Source: Eledone cirrhosa (Eukaryota). Taken from it: DNA of 64,000 nt. Position 1 is the stretch's first letter. Every line of letters begins with the position of its first letter. A program made the position numbers and the translations under genes. Location of the stretch: the NCBI GenBank assembly GCA_964016885.1, contig OZ024741.1, positions 345,216,001 through 345,280,000 on the forward strand, read 5' to 3'. Shown one piece after another: positions 1 to 14,302 of this stretch. The notes beneath the pieces were generated by a model that saw nothing but the letters and a program-made list of their open reading frames with translations, ran no database searches and was not told the DNA's origin.

Positions 1-100
1 TGATCTTATATTATGCATACTCCAGTCCCACAAACTGTAGAGTGCTTCTTATCCGATATCTGCATTGCTTTATTGTACTACAATAAAACTCACCTCCTAC

Positions 101-673
<573 letters not shown>

Positions 674-817
674 AATTAATATGCCCATGGGTACTAAGTA
701 CCCCTAGAAATATATATGTTGTCTATGATTTAAGGGCCAAAAGAATAGGTAAATATTTAAATTATATTTTTTAATTTTTTTTTTTAAATTGGTTGAATTT
801 TGCTTGTTCTGCTTATC

Positions 818-878
<61 letters not shown>

Positions 879-1088
879 TTTTTGGTAAATATCATCTTGG
901 TTAAGAGAGTGGGACTGGCTTTGTGCAGTGCCTTTGCTCACTATAAAAGCTTCACGGCACAGGCATTGTACCAGAGTTTTCAAGTCGCTGGCTGGACTAA
1001 AAAGTCACACTCGTTCAGCGCATCGGTAGGGGTTCTCCTACATGGATATAAAGTAGTGGCCGTACTCGAAAACGAGTTGGCAGCCACC

Positions 1089-1124
<36 letters not shown>

Positions 1125-1545
1125 TAGAAAGTGAGGTTTTTTTTCCAAAATGAAAAATAACCGAGGTGTCCTACACGAAAATGCAACTGGAGTCATATTT
1201 TTAAAAACCAATAAATATATATATTTTTTTAAATAAGATTCCAGTTGCATTTTCGATTTCATCTTTTTTTCTATATATATATATATATACTTTAAAACAA
1301 ACAGTTTTATGACATAGAACCAGGAACATTTTCAGATGGGTTGATATCAATTTAATGTGTCTTTACCATTGATCTAATTATTAATATTTTGTAAAAGAAG
1401 AGTGTCAAATACCTAACATCTCTGGGTAGTTGAATTTGTTCTGTGAGCTCTCCAGCTAATTCTAGGTGCACGCCTAACAACATACAGAATAAAAACATAA
1501 AACAGATCAAGTAGAATTAAGTTTGAGGTATATATCTGAAATAAT

Positions 1546-1731
1546 TGTTTCTACTTTTGGCACAAAGCCAGCAATTACCCAGTGCATTACTGGTACTTTA
1601 TTTTATCGACCCCGTAAGGATGAAAGGCAAAGTTAACTTAGGCGTAATTTGAACTCAGACCATAAAGGGACGTAATTATGCTGGAAAACATGGCGTCCGA
1701 TCCTCTACCGATACTGCCAATCCCCCGCCCT
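1546..1731 (-). mobile_element. tRNA-derived SINE, family A, full length with target-site duplication
   Basis: Minus strand has A-box-like TGGCAGTATCGGTAG, B-box GAGTTCAAAT and conserved body CTTTGCCTTTCATCCTTACGGGGTCGATAAAAT; TSD ATATATCTGAAATAAT at 1530-1545 and 1733-1748. Confidence 0.9.
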
Positions 1732-1899
1732 AATATATCTGAAATAATAAAGATAAATGAAGAAAACATCACCAAATCTATAGACAAAGATTAGGGAAAA
1801 TATCTCGCCTCCACACTAGAAAAAAAACATACAGAGGAATAAATTACTGTATCAATTATTGGATAATTCTAATTGGGTCTTGAAAAGACTCAGTTTATG

Positions 1900-2065
1900 A
1901 AAGCAAATTAACTACCTGGATAAAAAAAATTGCATGGCGTTAAGTCAGGTTTTCTCCTTAGCCATTCATACGGATCTCGACGGCTCAACTAACGTCCTGG
2001 AAATTGGACATTCATGGACAGTGCGGGCAAAATGAGGAGGGCCCCATCTTGCATGAATGTAAGAT
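1900..2065 (-). pseudogene. Tc1/mariner transposase remnant (catalytic domain)
   Basis: Minus-strand translation gives FMQDGAPPHFARTV and EWLRRKPDLTPCNFF, matching the QDGAPxH and WPxxSPDLxPxDF motifs; frameshifted. Confidence 0.75.
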
Positions 2066-2149
2066 GACACAGTAGACCAAACATCTTGAAGCATGGTTAA
2101 GGAGATTCTTTTTCCACCTGCCCTGTGTGTGTGTATATATATATAAATA

Positions 2150-2643
2150 CAGTGTGCCCCCGGCATTCGCGGTCGTCGTATTCGCGGTATCGGAATTCGC
2201 GGTTCCGGTTATTCGCGAAATTTTCATTAGTACCTAACTAATAATTCTTCGTGGAAACCACCGCATATTCGCGGAATCGTTAATATCTTCCGCGATTTTT
2301 TATGACTTTTTTTCGATATATATTTTTTTAAGGCTAAATTATTAATTGTTTCTTCTTTTGGCATGGGGCCAGAAATTACCCCAATGCATTACTGGTGCTT
2401 TATTTTATCAACCCCGCAAGGATGAAAGGCAAAGTTAACATCGGCTGGATTAATAACAATATACTGTATTTGATGGCCTATGGGAAGCCCCTTCGCATAA
2501 GAAGCTCCCTCTTTTTTTATTATATCTTACGTTAGATTTTGACATTTATAGGCATTTGTATGAAACACGTCCAATATTCGCAGTTTTTCACTCTTTGCGG
2601 GTGCTCTAGGAACGTAGGTCCCGCGAATACTGGAGAACAACCG
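2150..2643. mobile_element. Pogo/Tigger-like MITE containing a SINE-A fragment (~2345-2450)
   Basis: Imperfect TIRs CAGTGTGCCCCCGGCATTCGCGG / CCGCGAATACTGGAGAACAACCG, TA on both sides, subterminal ATTCGCGG repeats. Confidence 0.7.
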
Positions 2644-2669
2644 TATATATATATATATACATATATATA

Positions 2670-3500
2670 TTTATTAAAATAACAGATTAAAGTTTAAGCA
2701 AAGAATCGCTGCTTTCACCCTTAACGGGATCTTCTGAAACATACAAAGTCAATCTGTAAACGCAGAAGTGGATATTTCAAAAAGCGTTGCAACCGGAGGA
2801 AGACAGGAAGACGATACTTTGGTTCGTGGAAACGTTCGCTTCACAAAACATACGGGTAATATATACTTACCTATGCAAATAAGTAATGGTTTAAACAAAA
2901 CATATACTTAGCTCCCACATCAAGACGTAAAATATCCACGTATAGATCGTACTATCCGTTAGGGTATAACGTGGGGCTGTAATACAGGAAAGTTTTGTGC
3001 AATTTATGTTTACAATTTATGTTTTAGACTCCAGATATAAGCTGAAAGTGACGTCATATTCCTTCTTAGAGGGTAAGTAAAAGACAACCACACCCAATAT
3101 AAGTTACACTGGGAGATCCTAGCTAGGGCTAGATCGTATAACGGAAATAAAAGACCATGTGACCTCTGCGCCGCTGAGGCCCTGGAAATACTCTACGCCA
3201 CAGACCACATCTTAAACAAAAAATCTGAGGCAATTTCGGCTTGTAAACATAAATTGCACAAAACTTTCCTGTATTACAGCCCCACGTTATACCCTAACGG
3301 ATAGTACGATCTATACGTGGATATTTTACGTCTTGATGTGGGAGCTAAGTATATGTTTTGTTTATACTATTACTTATTTGCATAGGTAAGTATATATTAC
3401 CCGTATGTTTTGTGAAGCGAACGTTTCCACGAACCAAAGTATCGTCTTCCTGTCTTCCTCCGGTTGCAACGTTTTTTGAAATATCCACTTCTGCGTTTAT
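2670..3500. mobile_element. Fold-back fragment of Penelope-like family A (endonuclease C-terminus plus terminal repeat in both orientations)
   Basis: 2670-3015 is the reverse complement of 20330-20505 joined to 21395-21565; 3075-3500 is the direct copy of 20163-20505 joined to the terminal repeat. Confidence 0.9.
2692..2740 (-). ncRNA. Hammerhead-like motif, PLE family A terminal repeat (CAGAAGA core)
   Basis: Reverse complement: GTTT-CAGAAGA-TCCCgttaaGGGT-GAAA-GCAgcgattcttTGCTT^-AAAC. Confidence 0.6.
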
Positions 3501-3502
3501 AT

Positions 3503-4597
3503 AGTGGTAGAACACTGGAAGGTAATATCCGTAGTGGTAGAACACTCAGTCCATGGAACGAGTTAGGTAGAAGTGGTTACACAACAGTCAGTTCACCATA
3601 CCGAGAACAATTGTTTCACCTTAGCGGATCCTCAGCTCGTAATGGACATGGTTATACGGAACAGGAAGGACAACCGTACGAACGCGCATGCGCAGAAACC
3701 GGTCACTTCACACAGGCAATACTAAAATGCGTGCGAGAGGTGTAAGGGAGATAACTGCGAAAGTCCGAAAAGTTTTTAGTTCATAAGAAAATTATGATGT
3801 TGTAATGATTCAATCCGGAGCTTTGTAGTTATGCAAGAGGTGTTTCGAGATGTGTGGACAACGCGTGAAAAATTCATTTCTCGTGTTTAGGCAATCACTA
3901 TTGCATAATCTCTTTAGAATATTTATTCGTTCATCAATACATAGTCCACACGACGGATTTCCCCTTGCGTATGGCTTGGACTTAGTGATGGCTTTCCATT
4001 GAATGGAGTAGTCTATACCTGAGTCCTTGAGTTGCGAGTTTCGTGGATGAACGTCTGTCCGGGTACCTAAAGGTCGACTGGTGGTTCATGAAACGTTCCT
4101 TAAATCGGCCCTCCGCCATGCCCACATAGGATTTGACCTCCTGTGATTGGTTTGGTCGGTTGGAAGTGACCACAGCTTCATAAATTACAGCGGGTGTGTT
4201 GCATTGTTGTTGAAGGGGACAAGCTTCGGGCTTACGGCAAGAGCACCCTGGTGGGGTGTTGCTCCTAGGTCTGCTGGTGATGTGGGCCTTCATGTTCTTA
4301 GCGCAGGAGTATCCTAGTTTTACTTTGTGTCGGTTAAAGATGGAGCGGTATTTATGACCTATGGGAAAGTGTCTATCTAAGAGGGCTAGAAATTGTTTGC
4401 CTACATTGGTTTTAACGTTGAGTGAGAAGGGAGGGGAAAACCAGATAGTGTGTCTATTGTTACGCTTTCTTTTCTTATTGCTGTTGTTGATAGTGGGAGA
4501 GTAAGTGATAGGTTGCGAGAAGCCACTGTTAGCTAACGCCGTCTTATAGTAGGGTGCCGCCCTGTCAAAGATAGCCTTATTAGAGGAGAGGTATTTT
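3503..4597 (-). mobile_element. Penelope-like element family B, 5'-truncated (RT thumb, linker, GIY-YIG, 3' end)
   Basis: Translation includes IWFSPPF, SIFNRHKVKLGYSC, CSCRKPEACPL, VIYEA...SYVGMAEGRFKERF, CGLCIDE, CLNTRNE...CPH; small deletion/frameshift near 4030. Confidence 0.9.
3596..3645 (-). ncRNA. Minimal type-I hammerhead ribozyme, PLE family B 3' end
   Basis: Reverse complement: CCATtaCGAG-CTGAGGA-TCCgctaaGGT-GAAA-CAATTGTT^-CTCGgtATGG; palindromic stem III ACAATTGT. Confidence 0.75.
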
Positions 4598-5167
4598 AAT
4601 ATAGAAATGGCTTCTGCGGGACTAGAACGGTTTCATTCAAAAGAAATCACCAGGAAAGCTCAGAAGATTTCTTTTGAATGAAACAGTTCTATATTAAACA
4701 CTCTATTAATGTATTTAATACCTTGCTAAGAGTGGTTACCCCCGATTAACTTTAGACTCATACACCCTCATCATCCTTCACTGTATTTGTCTGTGACAGA
4801 TCGTGCATAAACATGACTTAGTTATTTTCAAAGATTCGTATTTTGCATGGCTTCGTTTATTTCATATAAATATGGAGCAGAACGTTTATAGACATTGTCT
4901 CTCCAGAGCCTTGGTGACCTTGCTCTATTTCTTTAACTATGAATCATACCTTCCATATATATTTTAGAAAAATATTTTTCGTGAACATTTTACATGACCA
5001 AATAGCTTCAGAGCTTTGCCTTTGACAATGCACATTATAGGAAGTAGTTCAGCAGCTTCTAGCTGATTCACAAATTTTGTATGCTCAAATGATTTTGAAG
5101 TTAAGCCTGATCGACGGAATATCTTTCTAGCCACTATGATCCGATCTTTGAAAGAGCTATCTAGGAC

Positions 5168-6133
<966 letters not shown>

Positions 6134-6389
6134 TGATGTCTTTTCTTCGGTTTATTATTGTTGTTATTCGTCGTCCTTGTTCCGGCTGCTACCTCTGATA
6201 TTGTTGTTGATGTTATTCTTGTTACACCTACTGTCAATGACTGCCACTAGATGTCACACTATTCTCATGTTGTCAATGACTGCCACTAGATGTCACCCTA
6301 TTCTCATGTTGTCAATGTTAATTATCAAACTTTCTTCTCAATAAGTTCGTCGTTTTGATGTGAAATTGCTTCAAATTGTTTGCTTTTAT

Positions 6390-6671
6390 TTCTTCTTCTT
6401 CTTCTTCTTCTTCTTCTTCTTCTTCTTCTTCTTCTTCTTCTTCTTCTTCTTCTTCTTCTTTTCATCACCTCTTCCTCCTCCTCTACCCTTTCTCCCCCCC
6501 TCCTCCTCTTTTTCTGCTCCTCCACTTCATCACCCCCTCCCATCCCTCTTCTTCTTTCTTCTCCTTCTTCTCCTTCTTCTCCCATCCCTCTTTTTCTTCT
6601 ACCCCTCCCTCCTCCACCCCTCTTCTTCATCATCACCATCTTCTTCTACTACATCTTCTTCTTCTTCTTCT

Positions 6672-6718
<47 letters not shown>

Positions 6719-6790
6719 TTCTTCTTCTTCTTCTCCTCTTCTTCTCCCCCTTCTTCTTCTTCTTCTCACCCACCTCCTATTCCCTTACCT
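6390..6790. repeat. (CTT)n and pyrimidine-rich tract
   Basis: Direct reading. Confidence 0.95.
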
Positions 6791-7087
6791 CCTCACCAAT
6801 CTTCTTTAAATGTATGTTTTAGTGTAATTTATTATTTGTTCCCTCGAGGCAAAGAGAAAATATCTTTACTACCATTGTTAATATTATTTTTGTTTTTGCT
6901 GTTGTTAATGTTTCTTTTTTTGTGTCATTGAAGACCGCCCAATTTCCCACCCCCCTATCCTATTATTCATTATCCCGATGGATAGTAAACAAACGTTTAC
7001 TATTAGTGTTGTTATTATGTTGTGTTGTCTTTGTCCTTGTATTGTCCTAAATGTCTTGAGCCCTTGTGGCCAATAAAAGAAATCATT

Positions 7088-7305
7088 GGTTTCTCATTTA
7101 GGCACAAGGCCAACAATTTGGGGAAAGGGGGAAGTCGATTCAATCGACACCAGTGCATTACTGCTACTTTATTTTATCGACCCCGTAAGGATGAAAGGCA
7201 AAGTTAACCTTGGCGGGATTTGAACTCAGAACGTAAAGGGCCATAGCTCTATGTTGCAAAACATGGTGTCTGACGCTCTACTGATACTGCCAATCCACCG
7301 CCCTT
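7088..7305 (-). mobile_element. SINE family A with target-site duplication
   Basis: Same body as 1546-1731; AAAAGAAATCATT on both sides. Confidence 0.9.
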
Positions 7306-7352
7306 AAAAAAAAGAAATCATTACTATTTGTATTGCTAGGTGTATGGCCTGA

Positions 7353-7495
7353 AGGCGCATGGCTTAGTGGTTAGAGCATTGGGCTTGCAATCGAAAGGTT
7401 GCGAGTTCAATTCTTGGACCGGATGATGTGTTGTTTCCTTAAGCAAGACACTTTATTTCACGTTGCTCCAGTTTACTCAGCTGTAGAAATGAGAG
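7353..7495 (+). mobile_element. tRNA-derived SINE family B with CORE-like domain
   Basis: GGCGCATGGCTTAGTGGTTAG (A box), GAGTTCAATTC (B box), then CCTTAAGCAAGACACTT resembling the CORE-SINE motif; partial second copy at ~22795-22935. Confidence 0.75.
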
Positions 7496-8130
7496 GATAG
7501 GGACTGAGGTCCCTATCATTAAATTACCCAAGACACCTCCAACGAGATATATCTTGGACGAGGCCAGCTAAACCTGCATAGGTGTGAGCTGTCACACACA
7601 TATTGCTAGGGCGGTGGCTTGGCAGAGTCGTTAGAGCGTCGGACAAATGCTTTGTAGATTTGATGCTTTAAAGAAAGTGTTAAATTATATTTTCATTTTA
7701 CATGATGTTACCTTTATTGTTGTTAAAAATTGATGGTTAATGTTGAACATTTGGTCATTCGTATAGTGCTATCGAAACGGCAAGAGCTCAGCCGTCAGGC
7801 TCTGACTCTCTACTACATTTACGCACCTATATCCCAAATATTGAATAATCTGCTGAATAATGGTCTTACTAATTTACAATCCTGGTATAATCCTGGTTTC
7901 TCACTCCCTCTCTCTCTTTCTCGCTATATATATATTCTTTAGGTTTGTTGGTTCACCACTGGATAGAATTGGTCATTCCGTATGGTCAATCTTGGTGTAA
8001 TATTGTGGAGAGTACTCAACGTAGTGCAGTTCACCCGTCTTCATTTGTGTAGTGGGTGGTGCTAATACGGAGTTAATTATAAATAAAGTAACAGGAGGCT
8101 GGACTGGTGTAAATCCTTGAAAGGTTTATT

Positions 8131-8188
8131 ATACTATGATCATTTCAATGACCGGGTTCCATATGAATCCGGTGATATCATCAGGTAT
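8131..8188 (-). ncRNA. Type-I hammerhead ribozyme
   Basis: Reverse complement: ATAC-CTGATGA-tatcACCGGattcatatggaacCCGGTcatt-GAAA-TGATCATA^-GTAT; palindromic stem III ATGATCAT. Confidence 0.8.
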
Positions 8189-8394
8189 TCGAAATATAAC
8201 AAAGGAATATGTAAAAACCATGGGTCCGAAAAATCAGAGACAGAGAGGACAACTGACCAACTAGCTGCTTTCACCTCGGCCAGTCGCCCACAGTAATGTC
8301 TGCTAATATCTTATCAACCCATAAATATATCTCTGCTCAGCTGCTGTCAACACAACTTCCTCAACCTTGATTCTCAACAGATGAACCTAAATCC

Positions 8395-8575
8395 TTGGCA
8401 GTATCGGTAGAGAGTCGGACGCCATGCTTTCCAGCATAGTTACGTCCCTTTACCGTCTGAGTTCAAATCCCGCCGAGGTTTACTTTGCCTTTCATCCTTA
8501 CGGGGTCGATAAAATAAAGTACCAGTAATGCACTGGGTAATTGCTGGCCTTGTGCCTAAAGTAGAAACAATTATT
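8395..8575 (+). mobile_element. SINE family A
   Basis: TGGCAGTATCGGTAG...GAGTTCAAATCCCGCCGAGG...CTTTCATCCTTACGGGGTCGATAAAAT. Confidence 0.9.
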
Positions 8576-9182
8576 AGACTACTACCACAGTCCGTAAAAC
8601 ATCACCTTCTTCCTGTTGTTATAAGTGTAGTCAGCGTGTTTTCTCTCTCTTTATATATATATTGCTTCCTTAACCTCTGTATTAACTTACCTATTATATT
8701 GCTACTCTGTTAATGTTATCTTATACATGCATGTTATTGATGATGTGAAAGCTAAACAACCCCAAGATTCGAACTAACAATCCCTTCATCTAATATAGAC
8801 CACTTAAATAATGAATCCGCTTTACACCACATAAAAATTACTATCCTCACTACAATGAAAATATTTTATCTGTCAGATAATAAATAATTCTTACGGTCAG
8901 CAAACCTACGGTAAAGGAAATGGTACATTGTTTCAAGCCCCGGATTATCTCTACACTATATATAATACACCCCATCACAGCTTTTACATGTCAATTTCAT
9001 ACATCTGCCTCATATCAGCTCGTTTTACATGCTAAAGTCATAAGTATACTCTATGTTGTACTTAGATTGATGTTGTGATTATTTCAACTAATTTATTGCT
9101 AACATTGTTAGTATTGTTATTATTGTTCTGATTTAATGCCATTACTATATATAGAAGCCATGCCTGTGTATTCCCTTCATTC

Positions 9183-9301
9183 TCGCAAGCTCTGATGAAT
9201 TGACTGGTTATAACTATGTATTGGTGATCGATTGACGCAGAGACAGGCGGGTAGCGATCTCTATACCTACCAGTTCAGAGAAACAATTGTCAGCAATGTG
9301 A
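9183..9301 (+). ncRNA. Type-I hammerhead ribozyme with extended stem II
   Basis: GCT-CTGATGA(9192-9198)-aTTGACTGGT...ACCAGTTCAGa-GAAA(9280)-CAATTGTC^(9291)-AGC; palindromic ACAATTGT, GUC triplet. Confidence 0.7.
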
Positions 9302-10038
9302 TTAAAGCCCTTATTGTATAGCAAACCGTGTCACTCTTCTTTCTTGATTTATCATTACTCCAAGTGTAAACTACATAGAAATCACCGCGTACTCGCAGCA
9401 TCACTATGGAAATACCTTGTTGAGTCAAACTTAGCCAAGCGTTGATACTATCCACTAGTCAGAGTACCCTAACTGGACTACATCTAAGTGGACTACCTAT
9501 AACAATAATTTGTTATCCCGTGTGTATATATATATGTAGTTTAAGATGGCAATATGGACGAAACATATTTCGTCCATATTACCATCTTAAACTTTGTTTG
9601 CAGTAATCACATAGCCTGCTTCGTTTCTTGTGATTTTGAATATATATATATACTAGCAGATTTACCCGAAGATGCTCGGGGTTTGAAATTATGCTAAGAA
9701 TATACAGCTAGGAAGTAAAAGAACATTATTTGTCCCCAACCTGTCAAAATAAGCAGAAGTCTTCAATAATTAATGCAAACGAATATATTTTGTGAAAAGG
9801 TTATCTCCCTTTTTTATAAGGATTGTCAATAAAGTTTGTATCTCCCTTACATCAATTTTTCTACCGATAATTTTGATAGCGATTTTTTATTGCTCAACGT
9901 GGGTCGATTTGAAAAATGTTTGTGATGTGACAATCTTAGCGACCTGTGCAACGTGCACAGAAAATTTGGTCAAATTCAGTTGGTAATTGTGAAAGCCTTA
10001 TGCATGCAAAGTTGTACACAGACACACACACATCCTCG

Positions 10039-10069
<31 letters not shown>

Positions 10070-10167
10070 TAGTAATCACACAGCTCCTTTCGTTTCATAT
10101 CATTATATATATATATATATATATATATATAATGTGGAGAGGAAGCACACGAGTTAGGATATATATA

Positions 10168-10246
<79 letters not shown>

Positions 10247-10481
10247 ACGGAGAAAAAGACGATTATGAGGAAGAAAAATTTTTTTTTTTTCCTTTTTTGT
10301 TTCTCTCTCTCTCTTTTCTGGGTTAGAAAAGGATTAAAACGAAATGTTTTACTTTGTGTGAAGTGTTAAGGTATTAGTTGATTTATTTATTATTTAACAA
10401 TGGCATTTATTATTCTTTCTGCACCTTCTGTTTAACATGTGCGACACCACACTAATACTATCATTTGATAATGCACACTAT

Positions 10482-10518
10482 CATTTGATAATGCATATAA
10501 ATGCTGAAACCGGTAATA
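10482..10518 (+). ncRNA. Hammerhead-like motif (U3:A8 core) at the centre of the 10241-10717 inverted repeat
   Basis: TTGATAA(10485)-tGCATataaATGCt-GAAA-CCGGTA^; stem I weak. Confidence 0.55.
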
Positions 10519-10756
10519 GACAATAATTAAATATATAAATAAATAAATAAACGCCATTGTTAAATAATAAATAAATCAACTAATACCTTAACACTTCACA
10601 CAAAGTAAAACATTTCGTTTTAATCATGTTCTAACCCAGAAAAAAGAGAGAGAGAAACAAAAAAGGAAAAAATATATTTTTCTTCCTCATAATCGTCTCT
10701 TTCTCCCTGTTTTCATATATATATATATATATATATCTAAGGCGGGTAAAATTCAG

Positions 10757-11290
10757 CATTCTCGTGCAGCACCCATCCACCATCTGAGTGAGTTTCTTGG
10801 TCAGTGTCCAAGTCTCAGACCCATACAGCAGCACAGACTCCACTACAGCAATGAAGAATTGTATGCGCCTTGCACTGGAGAAACACCAGGACTCTGGCTT
10901 TACTGTAGCACCCACTCAGAGCAGGAGAGTTAGGGCGAAAAAGGTATCGGATGCTGAATTTGCCGACGACATAGTTTTGGTGACAAATACAGTGAAGGAG
11001 GCAGAGGATTTGATGCGGGAGGTTGAGACTGTGTCGATGAGTGTGGGGCTGAGAATGAATGAGACTAAAACAAAATATCTGGTAGAGAATGTTGAGAAGC
11101 CAGAGGGGATCTCTAATGTAGGCGGGAAGCCGCTAGAATTGGTTGAGGGCTTCCTGTATTTGGGAGCAAAGATTGGGAATACGGAAGATGATGTGGTTGA
11201 GAGGAAGCGCAAGACCTGGGCGGCGTGCCACAGCTTGAGATCGGTGTGGAAGTCGCACGTTCGTAGAGACCTGAAAATCCGCCTCTTCAT
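10757..11290. mobile_element. RTE-clade LINE reverse transcriptase fragment with internal inversion
   Basis: Plus strand 10860-11290: EFADDIVL...GLRMNETKT...FLYLG...VWKS...LKIRLF; minus strand 10857-10757 continues IAVVESVLLYGSETWTLTK. Confidence 0.85.
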
Positions 11291-11327
11291 ATATATATAT
11301 ATATATATATATATAGGAACGAGTAGG

Positions 11328-11423
11328 ACCCCGACGGCTGAGCTCAAGCCGTTTCGACGGCTAATTCTGGACTAAATGGACATTTTTATCCTGGTATTTG
11401 AATAGCCGAGCTTCTCAAGGGGT
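11328..11423 (-). ncRNA. Type-I hammerhead ribozyme, U3:A8 core
   Basis: Reverse complement: ACCCC-TTGAGAA-GctCGGCTA...TAGCCGtC-GAAA-CGGCTtgagctcAGCCGTC^-GGGGT. Confidence 0.8.
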
Positions 11424-12165
11424 AATTCCATATATGGTAAAAGTGATTGTCACAAGGATTGGTCAAAAGTTTGTTGTTGAGACATATATTTCGTACGAGC
11501 ATTTATGTAGTTTGCACTAGAATTTTTGTATCGTGGCGGCACCCTTAGAGATAGTATTAGTATTCTTTTTCGGGATTCTGAATTATTATTTCGTATTAGT
11601 TTATTTTTTTGCACTAGGTGGTTGCTGGCCTTGTGCCTGGGGTAGAAACCTTTATTTATTATTTCGTGGTAGTTTCTTTAGTATTTTGGCCCCTCACTTG
11701 TTGACCCGTCACCGTAAGATATACTCGGTTTATTACTTATATCTCTTAAAAGGGTCTCATTATAATTCCGTCCCATCTAGTAAACCTTTCTTTAGCCTAG
11801 CAGCACCAGTGAGAGACTTGATAGCTGTCCTTAGGTCGTAGTAACCAGAAATTGTTTTGTTTTTTTTACTTTTAATTGCTTTTTAACACTCTCGGTATTT
11901 TTCTATATATTTACCCCATATTGTTTTACTTATTGTTTCGACTTCCTCCCCCTCCCCCTCCCTAGTATCTTCTTTGACCTCATGCCCAGCTGTAGTCGGC
12001 ACTATCAACGCATGACTGGGTCTCCTCCACCCCCTCTCCCTCTTTCTCCTACTGGCAGGTTCAGCTACCCCTTCCCTCCACAAATTGCCATGATAGAATT
12101 ATTATATCTCAACAACAAACTTTTGATCAATCCTTGTGACAATCACTTTTACCATATATGGAATT

Positions 12166-12261
12166 ACCCCTTGAGAAGCTCGGCTATTCAAATACCAGGA
12201 TAAAAATGTTCATTTAGTCCAGAATTAGCCGTCGAAACGGCTTGAGCTCAGCCGTCAGTGT
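12166..12261 (+). ncRNA. Inverted partner copy of the 11328 hammerhead (stem I damaged)
   Basis: ACCCC-TTGAGAA...GAAA(12234)CGGCTTGAGCTCAGCCGTC^AGTGT; further copies at 43786-43882 and a half-copy fold-back at ~49450-49530. Confidence 0.65.
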
Positions 12262-12660
12262 CCTACTCGTTCCTATTACCCACTCTACTACCCTAAGTAT
12301 TGAGTACGTTGGTGCGTTATGGTCCACCTGGTTCCTTACCACATTTCCTCCGTTATATATATATATATATATATATAAATAGGTAAAAATGAAAAAAGAC
12401 ATTTAAAGATTACGTTTTCTTTAAACCGACAGAATAAATATTTTTATAATTGTTACATTAAATGCATTTAAGTTTTGTCAAATATTACTGGTTTCAAATG
12501 GTATGTCAATCTTATCAAATATTTAAAATCATTCGTTCTCATATTCTATGGGCATATCAGAATTTTCTCTCAAAATCTCTTTTTATCTGTTCCTTATGAA
12601 GGTGGGGTCCAATTGAAGTGTATTTATTTTGTTTCAGTCACACAAACACACGCCCGCTCG

Positions 12661-12726
<66 letters not shown>

Positions 12727-12847
12727 AAGAAATAGGCTGTGTTCAGGCCTGGAACAAAAATGCCAAAAAATTCAGATATTCACGGTACTATCTACATATG
12801 AGGCCTGATGTAGTGGCCAAAACACTATACAATGCAGTCCATAGAAA

Positions 12848-12936
<89 letters not shown>

Positions 12937-13303
12937 TCTCTCTCTCTCTCTTAGACCTGTGGTGATAGATGGTCTCCGTTAGGTTTAAATGCCTAAGACA
13001 ATGTCACTACAGAACACATACATCTCACTTTAGAGCCTACAATCCAGGGTATGGTATGATCCGTTCTACATGAATTAAAGTATTTACACTAGGTACTGTG
13101 TACATGAATCATATCAAGGACGGCGACCAGACAGTTACGAAGCCATCTTCCTCACCACACCTCCATGCCTGCACCCCAATGTCAATTTTATTATATTTTA
13201 TTCATTTGTTTGTTTGTCTATTTATTGTTTCAAATCTTCGCAGTTAAATTATAATTTATTGATATATGTATGTGCTTGTATATAAATATATATATATACA
13301 TAC

Positions 13304-13334
<31 letters not shown>

Positions 13335-13351
13335 TATATACACATATATAT

Positions 13352-13401
<50 letters not shown>

Positions 13402-13515
13402 TATGTGTGTGTGTGTATGTGTGTAGTGTCGAGTTCGACTCGCATGCTAAATTCTCCTGGGCTCAATGTGGCCTTTATTGTTTTTCAAATAAGAATATAT
13501 ATATATATATATATA

Positions 13516-13679
<164 letters not shown>

Positions 13680-13818
13680 TTTATATAATATATATATAAA
13701 CATATATATTTGTATATATATATAAACATACATACGTATATAAACATATATATTTGTATATATATATGATATATGTATATATATAAACATACATTTCTAT
13801 ATATATATATATATATAT

Positions 13819-13891
<73 letters not shown>

Positions 13892-14117
13892 TGTGTGTTT
13901 AAAGTGAGGTTTGACAAACAGAAACAATAACATTTTACTACGTAGAAAACAAAAATATTTCTATGGCAAAAAAACAACTTTAATCTAAATAATCAATACA
14001 ATGTATACATTATGCATGCGTATAATTCATTATGCATTCACTTAATGATTATGCATGTATTTGTATATATGTTGTATTTAATGATTTTATAAATGAGGCG
14101 TATATTTATATATAAAT

Positions 14118-14224
<107 letters not shown>

Positions 14225-14258
14225 TGTAAATATGTTTTATATAAGCATCTATGTATGC

Positions 14259-14302
<44 letters not shown>

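Noticed and set aside
7353-7425. tRNA gene
   Set aside because: A and B boxes present but continues into a SINE body; no complete cloverleaf
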